Part shown: positions 38,131 through 53,574 of the stretch, in pieces | How the letters are laid out: every line of letters begins with the position of its first letter | Position numbering within the stretch: the first letter of the stretch is position 1 | Assembly (NCBI GenBank): GCA_951406725.2 | Contig: OX597826.1 | Span: forward strand, 48,732,001 to 48,796,000 | Length of the DNA: 64,000 nucleotides | Direction: 5' to 3' | Source: Octopus vulgaris | Taxonomy: Eukaryota | The notes under the pieces: generated by a model | What the model was told of the DNA's origin: nothing | Databases searched by the model: none | The model's input: the letters and a program-made list of their open reading frames with translations, nothing else | Program-made: the position numbers and the translations under genes

Positions 38131-39198
38131 CCTTCCTAACACCAGCTGCCCTTCTTAATGCCAGCAGTCTCAGTGTGAAAATAATTTCAATAATGAGCTA
38201 ATAATTCATGAGCGAATACCAGTCCATGTTTCTGTATTTATTGAAATGTGTCAGACCACTTTTTGGTCATGTGGGGGTGGTCAGAATCCCTCCACAACAG
38301 TTAGTCACCATTGCTGTTCCATATGAACGGACATTACTATAATTTTTTAACCCCAAGAGGATATTTCCTCTCGCTAGTTAACGATGCAACCTGCATCCAA
38401 TATATTGCAATCAGGGGAGCAAACCCCCTACCACCTTCTAGTGACAAGAGCAACAGACCAGTGTGGTTTCAGGCTATTTTTGCCCATCCTCAGTGCTGGA
38501 CACCCTGTCTGCTAGAAATGGCACTAGTTTGCTGCAGTTTGTATTATAATAGAAAATCAAGCACCATTCAGTTGCTAATTTTGCAACAAGCAAAGTAGAC
38601 CCCCAGGCTTATCTGGTACTTTATTGACCCCTGAAAGGATTAAAGACAAAAGTCAACCTCGTCAGAGAATGAATTCAGGAAGTAAAGAGCCAAAGGAAAT
38701 GTTGCAAACCTTTTTGTTAATGATTCTGCCAGCTTATCACACCTTAATTATTGTAATTATAAAGATACCACCATAATAATAAAAACGACCACCATGACCA
38801 CCACTACTGTTACATTACCACAACTACTGCTGCTGCTACTGCTGCTACTGCTGCTGCTACTGCTGCTACTGCTGCTACTGCTACTATTACTGGAGTTATG
38901 AGAAATGATGAGTTTAACACATTTACCTTGCAGCCAATAGATAAATGAAGTTGATGTTTTATCGGCAATGTAGCTATATAACAGCTGCTTTAACATGAAC
39001 AACAACATTATCGTTTCATCATAGCAACAACAACAACAACAACAACAACAACAGCAGCAAGAGCAAGAACAACAACGGCAACATCATCCTTTCATCTGAT
39101 TAATACACTAAATATATATAAGTGTGTTGGAAACAGTGGAGTTTAAAATAGATAGTCAGATTAACACATTTAGAGGTTAATACAGCAATATATATGTA

Positions 39199-39229
<31 letters not shown>

Positions 39230-39397
39230 ATGAAATAAGGATAAACACAAGTTTATATCATGGATCCTTGCTTGTTCCACCGTTATGTTTCTTTGGAACC
39301 CTGTTATAGGTGTTTCAAGTGCATTTTCATACTCAGCCACAACTGATCATCAAGGAACACTTTAAGGCATTAAGTTACAAATATCTATGTATGTATA

Positions 39398-39419
39398 TCA
39401 TCATCATCATCATCTTCAC

Positions 39420-39451
<32 letters not shown>

Positions 39452-39458
39452 CCAACAA

Positions 39459-39541
<83 letters not shown>

Positions 39542-39542
39542 A

Positions 39543-39574
<32 letters not shown>

Positions 39575-39585
39575 CCATCATCACC

Positions 39586-39652
<67 letters not shown>

Positions 39653-40012
39653 ACATTTAACATCTGTTTTCCACGTTAGCATGGGTTGGACGGTTTGGCA
39701 GGAACTGATAAGACCGAGGGCTGCACCAGATTTTATAGTTTGTTTTGGTTTGGTTTCTATGGCTGGATGCTCTTCCTGACACCAACCACTCCACAAAGTG
39801 CCCTGAGTTCACCAGCACCCATATCAATGAGTATTACATGGCATCTTGGCTATAGGATCTCAGTTCTCTCATAGTGGGCAGATCATCTCAATCATGAGGT
39901 TCAGCATTTTGAGATTGGCTTTTAATACTTTATCCTGTGACTTTAAGTGGTTGGCATTTCTTTTTGCAACTATCCTCATCCATCCCCATCACATGACCAA
40001 ACCAGCATAACC
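39398..40012 (-). mobile_element. RTE LINE 3' fragment with C-type tail and expanded (CAT)n
   Basis: From 40012 on the - strand: LCWFGHVMGMDEDSCKKKC, matching the RTE RLRWFGHV.R motif. Then a deleted 3'UTR, the tail at ~39655-39810 and ~255 bp of (CAT)n. Confidence 0.78.
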
Positions 40013-40210
40013 ATTATTATGATGAGCAGGCATATTCATTACTGCATCTGGCGAAATGGTTAAGGGATACTTCTAGCTTTGTGCTTTGAGTTCAAATTCC
40101 ACCAAGGTTAACTTTGCCTTTCATCCTTTTGGGAGTCAATAAAATAAATACCAGTCATACGCTGGGGTTCATGTCATCAACTATCCTCCCCACAAAATAT
40201 TTTAGTCCTT

Positions 40211-40596
40211 GTGGAAGCACTCCGTCGGTTACGACGACGAGGGTTCCGGTTGATCCGAATCAACGGAACAGCCTGCTCGTGAAATTAACGTGTAAGTGGC
40301 TGAGCACTCCACAGACACGTGTACCCTTAACATAGTTCTCGGAGATATTCAGCGTGACACAGAGAGTGACAAGGCCGGTCCCTTGAAATACGGGTACAAC
40401 AGAAACAGGAAGAAAGAGTGAGAGAAAGTTCTGGTGAAAGAGTACAGCAGGGATCACCACCATCCCCTGCCGGAGCCTCGTGGAGCTTTAGGTGTTTTCG
40501 CTCAATAAACACTCACAACGCCCGGTCTGGGAATCGAAACCGCGATCCTATGACCGCGAGTCTGCTGCCCTAACCACTGGGCCATTGCGCCTCCAC
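40211..40596 (-). mobile_element. Young tRNA-derived SINE (family F) with TSD, nested in a SINE B
   Basis: Head GTGGAGGCGCAATGGCCCAGTGGTTAGGG...GGTTTCGATTCCC; TSD tttagtcctt at 40201-40210 and 40597-40606; CpG-rich. Confidence 0.9.
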
Positions 40597-40803
40597 TTTA
40601 GTCCTTGTACCTATACTAGAAAAGATTATGGCAAGAGTGGATGGTACTGAGTCAGAGAGAAGAAACTGGCGAGGGCACTTGCGCCTGAGGTTTCATTGAA
40701 ATCTCAGACAGTGGGGTTCCTTGATTATTCCTAGAGACCTTCCTGTATTAGGAGGTGGGGGGAGGGTACATCTCTATCATCCTCCCAGCCACTTTTTTTT
40801 TAA

Positions 40804-41025
40804 CCCTTTAGCATTTAAACCGGCCATATCCAGCCAAAAGTATTCTGCCTGTTTTATGTTCAAACTGGCCAGATCTGGTCTCTCACACCAACCCTACAAT
40901 ATCGTTTTAAAAATTAACAGCTACCTCATCAAAATCTCATAGCTACAAGATAATGCATGATTAGTTCAAAACAATATGGATAAAAAAAGCATTAATTTTG
41001 GCAGAATAATGTGAACACTAAAGGG
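40804..41025. mobile_element. piggyBac-type MITE
   Basis: TTAA|ccctttagcatt ... aacactaaaggg|tttg; the right TTAA is degenerate. Confidence 0.75.
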
Positions 41026-41199
41026 TTTGTATCCTTTGTATTCTATGCATACGTCCCTTCTTTCCACCTATTCTTTTATCATTTCATTATATGTAAACCC
41101 CCACACTTTATGTCTGTCTTTGTATTGTCCCCCTCATCCTTCACCCTTGCAGCAAATAAAGGAAATTATTATTATTATTATAATTATTATTATTATTGT

Positions 41200-41440
41200 T
41201 GTGGCACGTAAAAGCACCATCCGTTCGTGGCCGTTTGCCAGCTCCGTCTGGCTCCTGTGCGAGTGGCACGTAAAAAGCACCCACTACACTCGTGGAGTGG
41301 TTGACGTTAGGAAGGGCATCCAGCTGTAGAAACACTGCCAGATCAGACTGGGCCTGATGCAGCCTTCTGGCTTCACAGACCCCAGTTGAACCGTCCAACC
41401 CATGCTAGCATGGAAAACGGATGCTAAATGATGATGATGA
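41200..41440 (+). mobile_element. Family C tail with one stem-loop unit
   Basis: Homology to 12530-12757. Confidence 0.85.
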
Positions 41441-41805
41441 TTATTATTGTTGTTGTTGTTGTTGGACTGGGGGGAGGTCGACAAATCAACTGCCCCTACT
41501 CCCCAAAAATTTCAGGTCCTGTGCCTAGAGTAGAAAAGATTATTATTGTTGTTGTTGTTGCTGTTGTTAAATTTCACCAGAATTGACTTTGCCTTTTATC
41601 CTTTAGGGTCAATAAAATGAGTAACACCCGAACACCGGGATCAGTGTAATTGACTTAGCCCCTCCACCGAAAATTGTTGGCCGTGTGTCAAAATTTGAAA
41701 CCACTATTATTACTATTATTATTATTATTATTATCATCATTATTATTGTTATTATTATTATCATTATTATTATCATTATTATTATTATTATTATTACTAT
41801 TATTG

Positions 41806-41860
<55 letters not shown>

Positions 41861-41864
41861 TTTT

Positions 41865-42095
41865 AAGGCGGTGAACTGGCAGAATCGGTAGCATCGAAGG
41901 CAAAATGCTTTCCAGTATTTTACTCATTGCTACAATCTGAGTTCATATTTTTCAAATTCCACTGAGGTTGACTTTGCCTTTCATCCTTTCAGGACAAATA
42001 AATTACGTACCAGTGAAACACTGGGGTCACTGTTGTTGACTAGACCCCCTCCTGCCAATTTTCAGGCCTTGTGCCTTTAGTAGAAAGTATTATTA
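41865..42095 (+). mobile_element. SINE family B
   Basis: Head ggcggtgaactggcagaatcg; tail ttcaggccttgtgcctttagtagaaagtatt. Confidence 0.8.
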
Positions 42096-42503
42096 TTTTA
42101 TAGGTGGCAGTGGCAGTGATAGTAGTGGTGATGATAGCAGTAGTGGTAGTTCTAGTAGTAGTAGTAGTAGTAGTGGCTCCCTTTGCTTTCTACTCTTCAC
42201 CTTCTACTTTCTTCCTCTTCCTTCTCCTCCAGCTTGCCACTTCCCCTGCCACCACATCACACACACAGAACCACACCCCTGGGCCGATATAGTTTGATAT
42301 AGTTCAAGTTATCAAATTAATAATGGTGCCGCTGATTATGACCGGAACATTTCCTAGATATGGCTTAGATGCCATCAACAGACTGACGACCTACTGGATA
42401 CAAGTGCAAAGTAATCTTGTACACCTCTCACCTTCACTCAGCCTTCATACACACGTAAATATCTGTGTGTGTGTGTGTGCACGTGTGTATATGTATGTAT
42501 ATG

Positions 42504-42557
<54 letters not shown>

Positions 42558-43313
42558 AATCTAGATCTATAAATAAACTTGTGTATGTATATATTTATAT
42601 TTATATATTTATATACACACACACACTGAATATATACATACACAAACACACACATGTATAAACAAATAAATTTGTGTGTGTGCATATATATATTTATGCA
42701 TGTATGTATGAATGTATGTATGTATGTATGTATGTATGTATGTGTGTGTTGCGTATCCATACATATGTGTAAGTATATATATATATATAATATATATATA
42801 CACACATACACGGACACACATATATATATATATATATAATATATATATACACGTTTATTTATATAGACATATATATATGCATATATGTGTGTGTCTGTGT
42901 CTGTGTGTGTATGCACACAGACACACACATACACAGATATGTAATTGAATATATATTTTATACAAGCAAATATTTGTGTGAGTCTGTACATTTGTGTTTG
43001 TATGTGTGTAGTGTGTATACTTGTGGGTTTATGAGTTGGTCATGAGCCATAAAAAATTGAAATTATAACACATTTTTTATACACACTCCTTATTTAATTT
43101 TTTTATATATATTTGTATCTATTTTTATTCATTTATTTTACTGTTCTTTATATTTTTGCCATATTCCATATGGACCGATAATTTAGTGTAGAATAATCAA
43201 AAATATCAGCTACAACAACAAAAAATAATAATATAATAACACATATCATTATAATGAAATTTCCACCCACGATATGACTATCAACAACAACAACAGCAAT
43301 AATTATAATAATA

Positions 43314-43415
<102 letters not shown>

Positions 43416-43463
43416 GGAGCAGCAGCAACAACAACAATAATAATAATAACAATAATAATAATA

Positions 43464-43527
<64 letters not shown>

Positions 43528-43759
43528 TAAAGGAAAGCAGAAATATCTTGTTTTTATTTTTAATTGAAAATTCTTACTGAATGAAAATATGGAAATGTCT
43601 GGTTTAAAGAAAGAAGCTTAAAAAGCATTTACAAATTCCCATTCATAAATAATTTATTATTACTATTATCATTATTATTATTATTATTATCATTATTATA
43701 GTTGTTGTTGTTGTTGGTGGTGGTGGTGGTGGTGTTGGTGGTGTTGTTGTTGGTGGTAA

Positions 43760-44135
43760 TGTGGTGAGCTGGTAGAATCATTAGCGGATAAAATAAGTTC
43801 AAATTCTTCCAAAGTTGACTTTGTCTTTCATTCTTTCATTTTTGAGGTCAACAAAATAAGTACCAGTCAAACACAGTCATCGTTGTGATTGATTTACCCC
43901 TCCCCCAAAATTTCTGGCCTTGTACCAGAATTTCAAACTAGCGAGCTGGCAGACACATTAGCACGCCGGGCGAAATGCTTAGCGGTATTTCGTCTGCCGT
44001 TACGTTCTGAGTTCAAATTCAGCCTTTTATCCTTTCAGGGTTGATTAAAAAAGTACCAGTGAAACACTGGGGTCGATATATTTGACAAGTCTTCTCCCAC
44101 AAAAATTTCAGGCCTTGTGCTTATAATAGAAAATA
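43760..44135 (+). mobile_element. Two tandem SINE B copies followed by (ATT)/(GTT)n
   Basis: Heads at ~43762 and ~43940. Confidence 0.8.
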
Positions 44136-44146
44136 TTATTATTATT

Positions 44147-44188
<42 letters not shown>

Positions 44189-44237
44189 ATTATTTTTATT
44201 ATTATTACTACTATTATTATTACTATTATTATTACTA

Positions 44238-44284
<47 letters not shown>

Positions 44285-44797
44285 GTTGACTCTTGTAACG
44301 GGATGTGATAGCTTTTGCTTTTCTCTTCAAGATTTAACCTCTTTAAGCATTACCAAATGAAAAATTTCCCTAGAGTACTTGTGAAAGGAAAAAAACAGGA
44401 CTTAAATTATCTAAGGAAGGGCCTACCCTTGATACAAAAAGGGCAGACATCAAAAATGTAAAGTTCGTTTTACAAGCTTTCAAAATTTTATTCACACATA
44501 TAGCATTTTTCCATCTAAACTGGTTACTACTTATTATTATGCTAATCAACTAAGCACCTCGATGGCCAAAGACCAAAAAGAGAAAATGAAAACACGCAAC
44601 TAAATGTCCAAGATTGAGAAGAAAACAAACAGTTTAGGGAACAGTTAATTGAAGAAAATGTCCCAGATCCTCAAATAAGTATCTAAGTGAATGCAAGAAT
44701 AACAGCATTAAATTAAAACAGCCATCTGTCATCAGGTGAAGGTTTGACAACAGGAAGAGCATCCAGCTGTAAAAATAAAAAAAAAATCTGCCTTAGT

Positions 44798-45220
44798 TTG
44801 GCTGTGTGGTAAGAAGTTTGCTTCACAACCAGGTGGTTCTGTGTTCAGACCCACTGCATGGCACCTTGGGCAAGTGTCTTCTACTATAGCCTCAGGCCAA
44901 CCAAAGCTTTGTGAGTGGATTTGGTAGACAGAAACTGAGAGAAGCCTGTTGTATATATATATGTGTGTGTGTATATATATATATTTATGTGTGTGTGTCT
45001 TTGTGGTCTGTGTTTGTCTCTTCACCATTACTTGACAACTGATGCTGGTGTGTTTACGTCCCCGTAACTTATCGAATTTGCAAAAGAGACTGATAGAATA
45101 AGTACTAGGCTTACAAAGAATAAGTCCTGTGGTCGATTTCTTTGATTAAAAATCCCTCTAAGGTGGTGCTCCAGCATGACTGCAGTCAAAGAACTGAAAC
45201 AAGTAAAAGAATAAAAGAGA
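44798..45220 (+). mobile_element. SINE family A
   Basis: Colinear with other A copies. Confidence 0.88.
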
Positions 45221-46902
45221 AAAAGAATCTGACCAATGCAAGCAAGGAAATTGGACGTTAAAATGATGATGGTGATGATGATGATGATGATGATGATGAT
45301 GAGGATGATGACGATGATGATGATGACGACGACGATGAAGATGGAGGTTGTGGTGGTGGCAGTGGTGGGGATGATGATGATAATGGTGATGATGATACAT
45401 ATATCACCTCTGACCCACACTTCATTTTCCTATACACTTTTGAAATCTGTACCCCCACCTCCCAGTTCTTCTGTCCCCACTCACTTCTACTTATGTTGTA
45501 CCTTGAGGATCCACCCAGCCCCATCATCATTACTATTTTTATCTCTTCCTAGCTTCATCATGATTATTCTCACCATCTCTTCAAAAACATAGGAAAAACC
45601 ATCTAGCTTCTCTTCAGTAAAGAACCTGTGCTGTACTGGCCCCTTCTGTCATACCTTTCCTATCCAAGCATAAAGCTACCCATCATGAGGTTCATAGCCT
45701 TGTATGTTCCCTGGCAGCCACACCAGTGGAGGTGGTAGATTCAACACCCAGTGCACACAGAAAAGTAGTTGGCATCAGAAAGGGCATCCAACTGTCAAAA
45801 CCATGCCTAAGTAGACAAAAGAGCATGATATAGTCTTCAAAACTACAGAACATTTTGACCAATCCAATCCATTCCGGCATGGAACGTAACATATACAAAC
45901 AGATGTATTTCTCAGGAAGTGAGAAAGTCTTTTGCATTTCGAGACTATGCTCTTTGACAGAAAGGAACACAGAAATAAACAGGGAGGTGTATATGTAGAT
46001 ATACATACACGTACCCACATACATATGTAAACAAAAATAAATATGTATACATACATTCAGGGTAGATATACATATATATAGAGAGAGAGAAAGAGAGACA
46101 TGCACATCTAGAAATACATGCATAAAATAGTATTCACATACATATGCTTTCATTATAAACCGTTTCCAATAATTTTCTTTCAGCAAATTCATAAAGTCCT
46201 GGCAGGGAGAAGAAATTATTTTCCAATAAATTCAGAAAATATTCCCCTGTGTAATTCAAATTTCATTTCAAGGCAATTCCTTACAAAAATTAATTTAACA
46301 ATGATTTCAATCACCCCACCTTACCCTGTCGTAGCCCAACACCTGATTTCTGTTTTCTCAATACAACATTAAACAAAATTAAACGTTTTATTCACATGCA
46401 CAGGCTGAGCTTTTATTTCTTTCTTTTTATTTTCATTTCTTTATTTTTTCTCTTCTTCTTCATTTTTCTCTTTTTGCTTGGCCCAGAAGTCATAACATAG
46501 TGAAATTCTTGAAGGGAAGGGACTATTCAATAAAGTATTTCTATTATATTTCTTATTTTTTTCTAAAATTTCTTCAAGAATTCAAAATTAAAGAGCATAT
46601 TTTTCAAAACTTCATAAAAAAACAAAAGATTTGTTTGGTCTTTTTTTTTTTTGTTAATTTTATTCCTGTTGCTGAAAAAATGGTACAGAACAAATCGGGA
46701 GAGACAAAGAGTAATATATTTACTTAAAGGAAGAATAAGAACAAACTTCATTTCTAAATTCAATTTCATTTCAGCAATGTATTTCAAATGCCAAAGCAAG
46801 AATTTAAGTGTGGATGTGTTTTTTTCAAACATCATAAACTTGTTTTTTTTATGGACATAAAAATTTACAAATCACATAAAAAGAAAATATAGATATATAG
46901 TA

Positions 46903-46989
<87 letters not shown>

Positions 46990-48039
46990 ATATATATATA
47001 TATATATACTCACATACATACACACACATATACTCACACATATATATATAGACATATACACACACATATATACACAATAATATATATATATGTATATTCA
47101 CATACGTATATATATACACATACATACATATGTGTATGTGTGTGTGTGTGCAAGCATATGTATGTATATATATATATATATAAGGAGAAATGTATGTGCA
47201 ATGTACATACACACACATACACACCCATATATATATGAATATATTTAATAGAGATGGTTTTGGATTTGATTTTTGGGGTGGGAGAGAGATGGCAATAACA
47301 GAATATTGAACAGACAGAATATATATCTTAAAGGTAATTCCTAATTCCAATATTCACTTTTGGAAATCAATAATACTGAACCATTGTAACACACACACAC
47401 ATACACACACACATATATATATGTTGTTTTATACAAACAAAAAATCTATAATTCAAAAGTTGTTATTAAAGTAATAATGTCTTAATTAGATATTCATACT
47501 GGCTATAAAAACAAAAACAAATATGAACTTACAAAGATTTCATTTATTCAAAAGAGATTGAAAAAAAATAAGAGAGAATGCCTGGGTATCAATTTTTTTA
47601 TTTTCTTTTTTGTTTTTTTTTGCTATTGACATATTTTGCTTTGTTTTAAAAAAAACATTTGTTTTTATTCTTTGCAAATCCTAGGTTAAGCAAAAATAAA
47701 TTTAATTTACAAATCTATAATTCTGAGATACGTTTTTGGTAGCATGCTTAATTATGTATATACATGCATGTATGTCTCTGTGTGTGTTTGTATGCTGCAG
47801 TATACATATGCGTGTTTATAATTGTGCCTATAAGTGCATGTGTTTGTATGTATGTGTGTGTGTGTGTGTGTGTGACTTTGACAGGGATTACAAAATGGGG
47901 AGGAAAAATAAAATTTTGAGAGAAAGTAAATAAAGATTGGAATATGTCTTTCAGTTTGTGGAATTTGTTCTCAGGTTACTTCAATTAAAACAATGGCCAT
48001 TATTTAATTGTTTTTAGAAAGACAGCTTCATTAGCTCAC

Positions 48040-48476
48040 TTGGCAACATGCTGAATGGCATTCATCCATCTTCACGCTCTAGGTTCAAATTCCACCGAGG
48101 TTAACTTTGTCTTCCATCCTTTTTGCAGGGTTGATAAAATAAGTACCAGTTCCATACTTGGGTTGATGTAATCAAATAGCCCTCCCCCTCCCCCGCCTCC
48201 TTGTGCTCATAGTAGAAAGGATTATTTAATTATATTTATAAAGATAATAATAATAATAATAATAATAATCCTTTCTTGTATAGGAACAAGGCCTGGAATT
48301 TATGAGTGGGGGGGTGGCTAGTCAATGACATCGACCCCAGAGCTTGACCAGTACCTACTTTATCAACCTTGAAAGGATGATAGGTAAAGCTGACCTACGT
48401 GGAATATGAACTCAGATAATAGATAAATAAAATGTTGCTAAGTCTGGAGGGCTATCAATTCTGCCACATCACCACT

Positions 48477-48510
<34 letters not shown>

Positions 48511-48645
48511 TAATCCCTTCTATTATAGGCACAAGGTCTGAAATTTGGGGGCGAGGAGGCCAGTCAATTAGATCAACCCCAGTATGCAACTGGTACTTAA
48601 TTTATTGACCGCAAAAGGATGTAAAGCAAAGGTCGACCTCAGCAT
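48040..48645. mobile_element. Cluster of three SINE B copies (+ 48040-48225; - 48268-48475; - 48512-48645) separated by (AAT)n
   Basis: Homology to other B copies. Confidence 0.75.
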
Positions 48646-48884
48646 TAAGCATAAATCTGTCTACAGAGATGTCTATCTCCCAACATATTTGTGTGATTGC
48701 ATGCATATATATATATATGTATGTTCATATGTGTTATATATGCATATACTTAGTATGGCTAAATGATGTAAAAATGAGCTTGCATATATAAATATATGTC
48801 TATATATACATATAGTTATATTTTTATATGTATATATACACACACACACACTCATAAATATATATGTATTATATATAGCTACAT

Positions 48885-48919
<35 letters not shown>

Positions 48920-49236
48920 TAGTGCATATCTATTGTGGCTGTTACAATTGACTTCGCTATGCTACGCTAAATGAATTATGCATGAATATGTTTACTGGAC
49001 CTTTGCATGAAAGATGAAGAGGAATTACATCAACCAAGGAATTGCCAGAATCAAACGAAGTCGGGAGAAGAGCGCATATATACATGTGTGTGTATGTATG
49101 TACGTATGTATATATGTCTATATATGTGTGTGTGTGTTTGTGTGTGTATCACAAAAATGAAGTATATATACAAGTATGTATAGGGTATGCATGAGTACAA
49201 ACATATCATTATATTATGTGCATGTACATGTATATT

Positions 49237-49327
<91 letters not shown>

Positions 49328-49561
49328 AGTATGTATGTAAGTATGTATGTATCAATGTGTTAAAGTTTAATGAAGTGTGAGATAGTCGAAAGATACAATA
49401 ATTAATTATCAACAACCAAAGAAAATCAACTCCATTATTTTACCATTTTCTCTTCTTACTTCACCATTATCATATCTATTTCCTGTATTCTTTGTCTTTC
49501 GATTTTCTTTTATTAATCTATGTACTTTCATCCTAACACCTGCCATATTGTCTTAAATATA

Positions 49562-49608
<47 letters not shown>

Positions 49609-50279
49609 TTTCATAATGAGATGAAAAAAGCAAGGCTGTGTAGATTTTACAACATTTATAGATAGAATGTCTTACAGCTGTTTCCAGGATATTTATTATA
49701 TCCCTTCATTGGAGATGGTGTGAGGGTCATATGACTGACATGAGTGAATGATAAAAAAAAAAATAGTATATTTTAATATACTTTTTATGTATTTGTTATA
49801 TATATTTTGGGGTTGCTCTTTTCAGTTTTTGTTCTTTATTCTATCCTTTTTATGTTTTGCTTAATTCCTCCATTTTTTGTTTTTGATCTTTTTTTTATTA
49901 TTTTTCTATTTTTATTTTTATTTTTCTGTTTTTTATTGTTTTATTATTGTTATCAATTTATTTTTTCGTGTATTGTCTTGTTTTATTATTTTTTTTATCC
50001 TGATTTAAACCTAAATAATTATGTGCCCCGACTTAATCAATTAATGAACTATAAAATTAATGACATATATTTCTGTCTAGGATTCCATCAGCATCGGATC
50101 AGTATTCAAAATTAAGGGATTAAAATATTATCAATTTTGGGAATAAAATATTATCACAGAAAATTTAGTGATTTTTAAAAAATTCTTCTTTCTATTTTCT
50201 TGATAACTGCTTTCTTGGGAGAGGAGGAGGAAGAGGAAGTGGAAGATGCTTTGTTTATTTGCTAAGTGATGTTTGTGTC

Positions 50280-50332
<53 letters not shown>

Positions 50333-51702
50333 GTTATTTTGTCTATTTAAATCAAAGCTTTATTATCATCATTGCCATCATCATCATTGTCATCATTGTC
50401 ATCATCATCATCATTATGATCATCATTAACATTATCATTGTCAGAAACAGCACAAGTAGATGTTGACATCGTTGTCATCGTCGTCATCGTCATCATCGTC
50501 GTCGTCGCCATCATCATCATCATCGTCGTCATTATCATCATCCTTGTTACTTTCATCATTATCATCATCATCATCATTATCCTCGTCATCATCCTTGTCG
50601 TCATTGTCATCATTATCATCATCATCATCATCGCTGTTCTCATCATCTCCCCACCCTTCAGCATTATTATTATCATGGCCTTTGTCATCATTATGCTTGT
50701 CATCAACACCATTCCCACACTTTGTTATCACCATCAACATCTTTATTATCTTCATTTTATTTCCATCTGCTTTAGTAAATCCCACCTGACCTAGTAGTAG
50801 TAGTAGTAGTAATAGTAGTAGTAGTAATGGGAGTAGGATAAGCCCATGCACTGTAATAGCTCATTGCTGCACCCACCATTTGTTGGTGATCCCTACTCTT
50901 TGTAAAATGAGTAGGGAATGTAAAAAACAATTTTACATTAATCTGATTGGTTACTCTATACTTCTGTAGACTGCTTACCACAGAGCCACGCCTGCACCTA
51001 TATATATATATATTAGTTTTTATTTTTTATTTTCCAAACTATTAATTTTTATTTTTCTATTGTATTTTATCAACATTTACAACCATTAGCGAGATCTCCA
51101 GCTGCTTTTCCTTTGTCACTCAGGTAACAACCCTCCAGCCCATGGGTCTGTTTTGGGTGGCCATTGCTGGTGAGGATTTTTCAAGGCTGGAGTGCAAATC
51201 ACACCTCAACATCATTTAGTTGCCTTTTACAACATACAAAAGACATGATGAGTCTGTTCTTTGACATGTTGGTCTCCACATAGCACAGGTTTGAATAGAA
51301 TTTGTCAAGGCAGATTTCTAAGGCTGGATGCTTTTCTGGTCATCAATGTTCACCCTTTTTTAAACAAATTAATATTCCCCTTTGACCTTTGAACAGGAAA
51401 AGATTGTAAATGGACAACACCACTTGTATAATGGTAACAGCAGTGTCCAACTTGCACAAATCTACCAGTAACAAACTTATAATGACTACTGGAAACAGCT
51501 GTAAGCCAAATTTACTCCAATAAAGGTAAAACATATAATGAACTTTATTTATACCTTGTGTTGTATATATCATTTCGGCTACCTCTGAAGAGCACAGGGT
51601 TACATAATTGGATTGTTAGCTAAGACTCCATTGAAACCCTAGTATGAAACTGAATGGGAAGATCTGCCATAATCGATATATAATACTGTACTCTTCAGAT
51701 AA

Positions 51703-51785
<83 letters not shown>

Positions 51786-52067
51786 GTCTATATGTATATA
51801 TATATATAAATATATACACATACACACATATAAAAGAAGAAAAGAAAATGGAGATTAAGAATTGTTTATTATTAATAATTGTTTATTATTAACAGCAAAT
51901 TGGTCATCTTTACTTACAGCTGTTTCAGTTAATACACAATAAACCTTAAATTTACATTTACGTGACATGAGCATAATATCGTCAGAGGAAAAAAAATTGT
52001 CCATTTGGATGTTGTATGTGTGCTTATGAATTCATTTTAGCAAACTATAAATATATATATATATATT

Positions 52068-52456
52068 TGTCGGTGGTACGTAAGATAACAGTGTCGGTGG
52101 TACATAAGAATACCAGTGCCGGTGGTACGTAAGATACCAGTGCCGGTGGTACATAAGAGAACCATCCGAACGTGGCCGTTGCCAGCGCCGCCCCGACTGG
52201 CCTCATGCCAGTGGCACGTAAAAAGCACCATCTGATTGTGGCCACTGCCAGCCTCACCTGGCCCCCATGCCGGTGGCACGTAAAATGCACCCACTACACT
52301 CACGGAGTGGTTGGCGTTAGGAAGGGCATCCAGTCATAGAAACATTGCCAGATCAGATTGAGCCTGGTGCAGCCTTCTGGCTTCCCAGACCCCAGTTGAA
52401 ACGTCCAACCCATGCTAGCATGGAAAACGGACGCTAAACGAAGATGATGATGATGA
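52068..52456 (+). mobile_element. Family C copy with a ~24-bp tandem sub-array
   Basis: g.cggtggtac.taaga(a)ta.cagt x4, then two stem-loop units and the C tail. Confidence 0.85.
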
Positions 52457-53331
52457 TATATATATATATATATCATACTTATTTTATTTTGGTAGTCAGT
52501 CTCCCCATACCCCTACAGGTGAAATTCAGTGTAGCAAGACTGATTAGACTAAAATAAAATACATCATTAATCTCTACTAAACATATTCCTTTCTACTGTG
52601 AAAGATGGTTAGTCAATTACATTGACCACCCCAGGGATTGCCAGGTACTTATTCTACTGAGCCACCCAAAAGTATGAATTGTAAAGTCAACCTCAATGGA
52701 AATTTGAATTCAGATTATAAAGACAGATGAAATGTCACCAAGCATTTTGCCCAGCATGCCACTTGGATTGCTACTAATCATATAGATTACTCATTTTTCA
52801 TATAGTCAATACTAAACATAAACATGTTTCCACAAGCCTTTTGTCACTAGTACGCAAGACAATTTACCAGCTGACTTCCTCCAATTCAAAACGTCTCTTA
52901 GAAACATCAATGTTAACCACAATTAATTAAAATATAGTACTCAATACATGGAATATAGAGTTTGAATCACAGTCTCACATGAAAAACTTTTATCAAACTG
53001 CTTATTTGAGGAATTTTCTTTCAAGTGACAAAGATAAAAAATTTATTAGTAAAAGTTTTCTCTATCAAACCATAATGCAGGCATTTATGTATGTCTGTCT
53101 GTGTAGTCAATTAAGTATGTCTGAGGTTATAGACATGTTAATAGAATAGATTTTTCTTTGAAATATTTATGTATTGAAACAAATACAAGACACAGCCTTT
53201 CATACTGAAAATAAACCCATGCATGTGGTATCTGAGTATAATTGGAGCACAGCTCTTTGTGTATGCTTCATTATGTAATAGTAAAACAGATACGCATGTG
53301 TGCCGTGCACATGTGCATGTACGTGCGTGTG

Positions 53332-53367
<36 letters not shown>

Positions 53368-53399
53368 TATATGATGATATATGTATATACACATATATA

Positions 53400-53463
<64 letters not shown>

Positions 53464-53574
53464 TGTGTCTGTGTTAATGTCTGTTTTTATGTTGAGTTAC
53501 AATAAAAACAATTTTACATTAATCTGATGGCTTACTCTATACCTGTGTAGATTACAAATTTATTATCCTTAAAT

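Noticed and set aside
39387-39779. Poly-His protein
   Set aside because: (CAT)n expansion of a retroelement tail.
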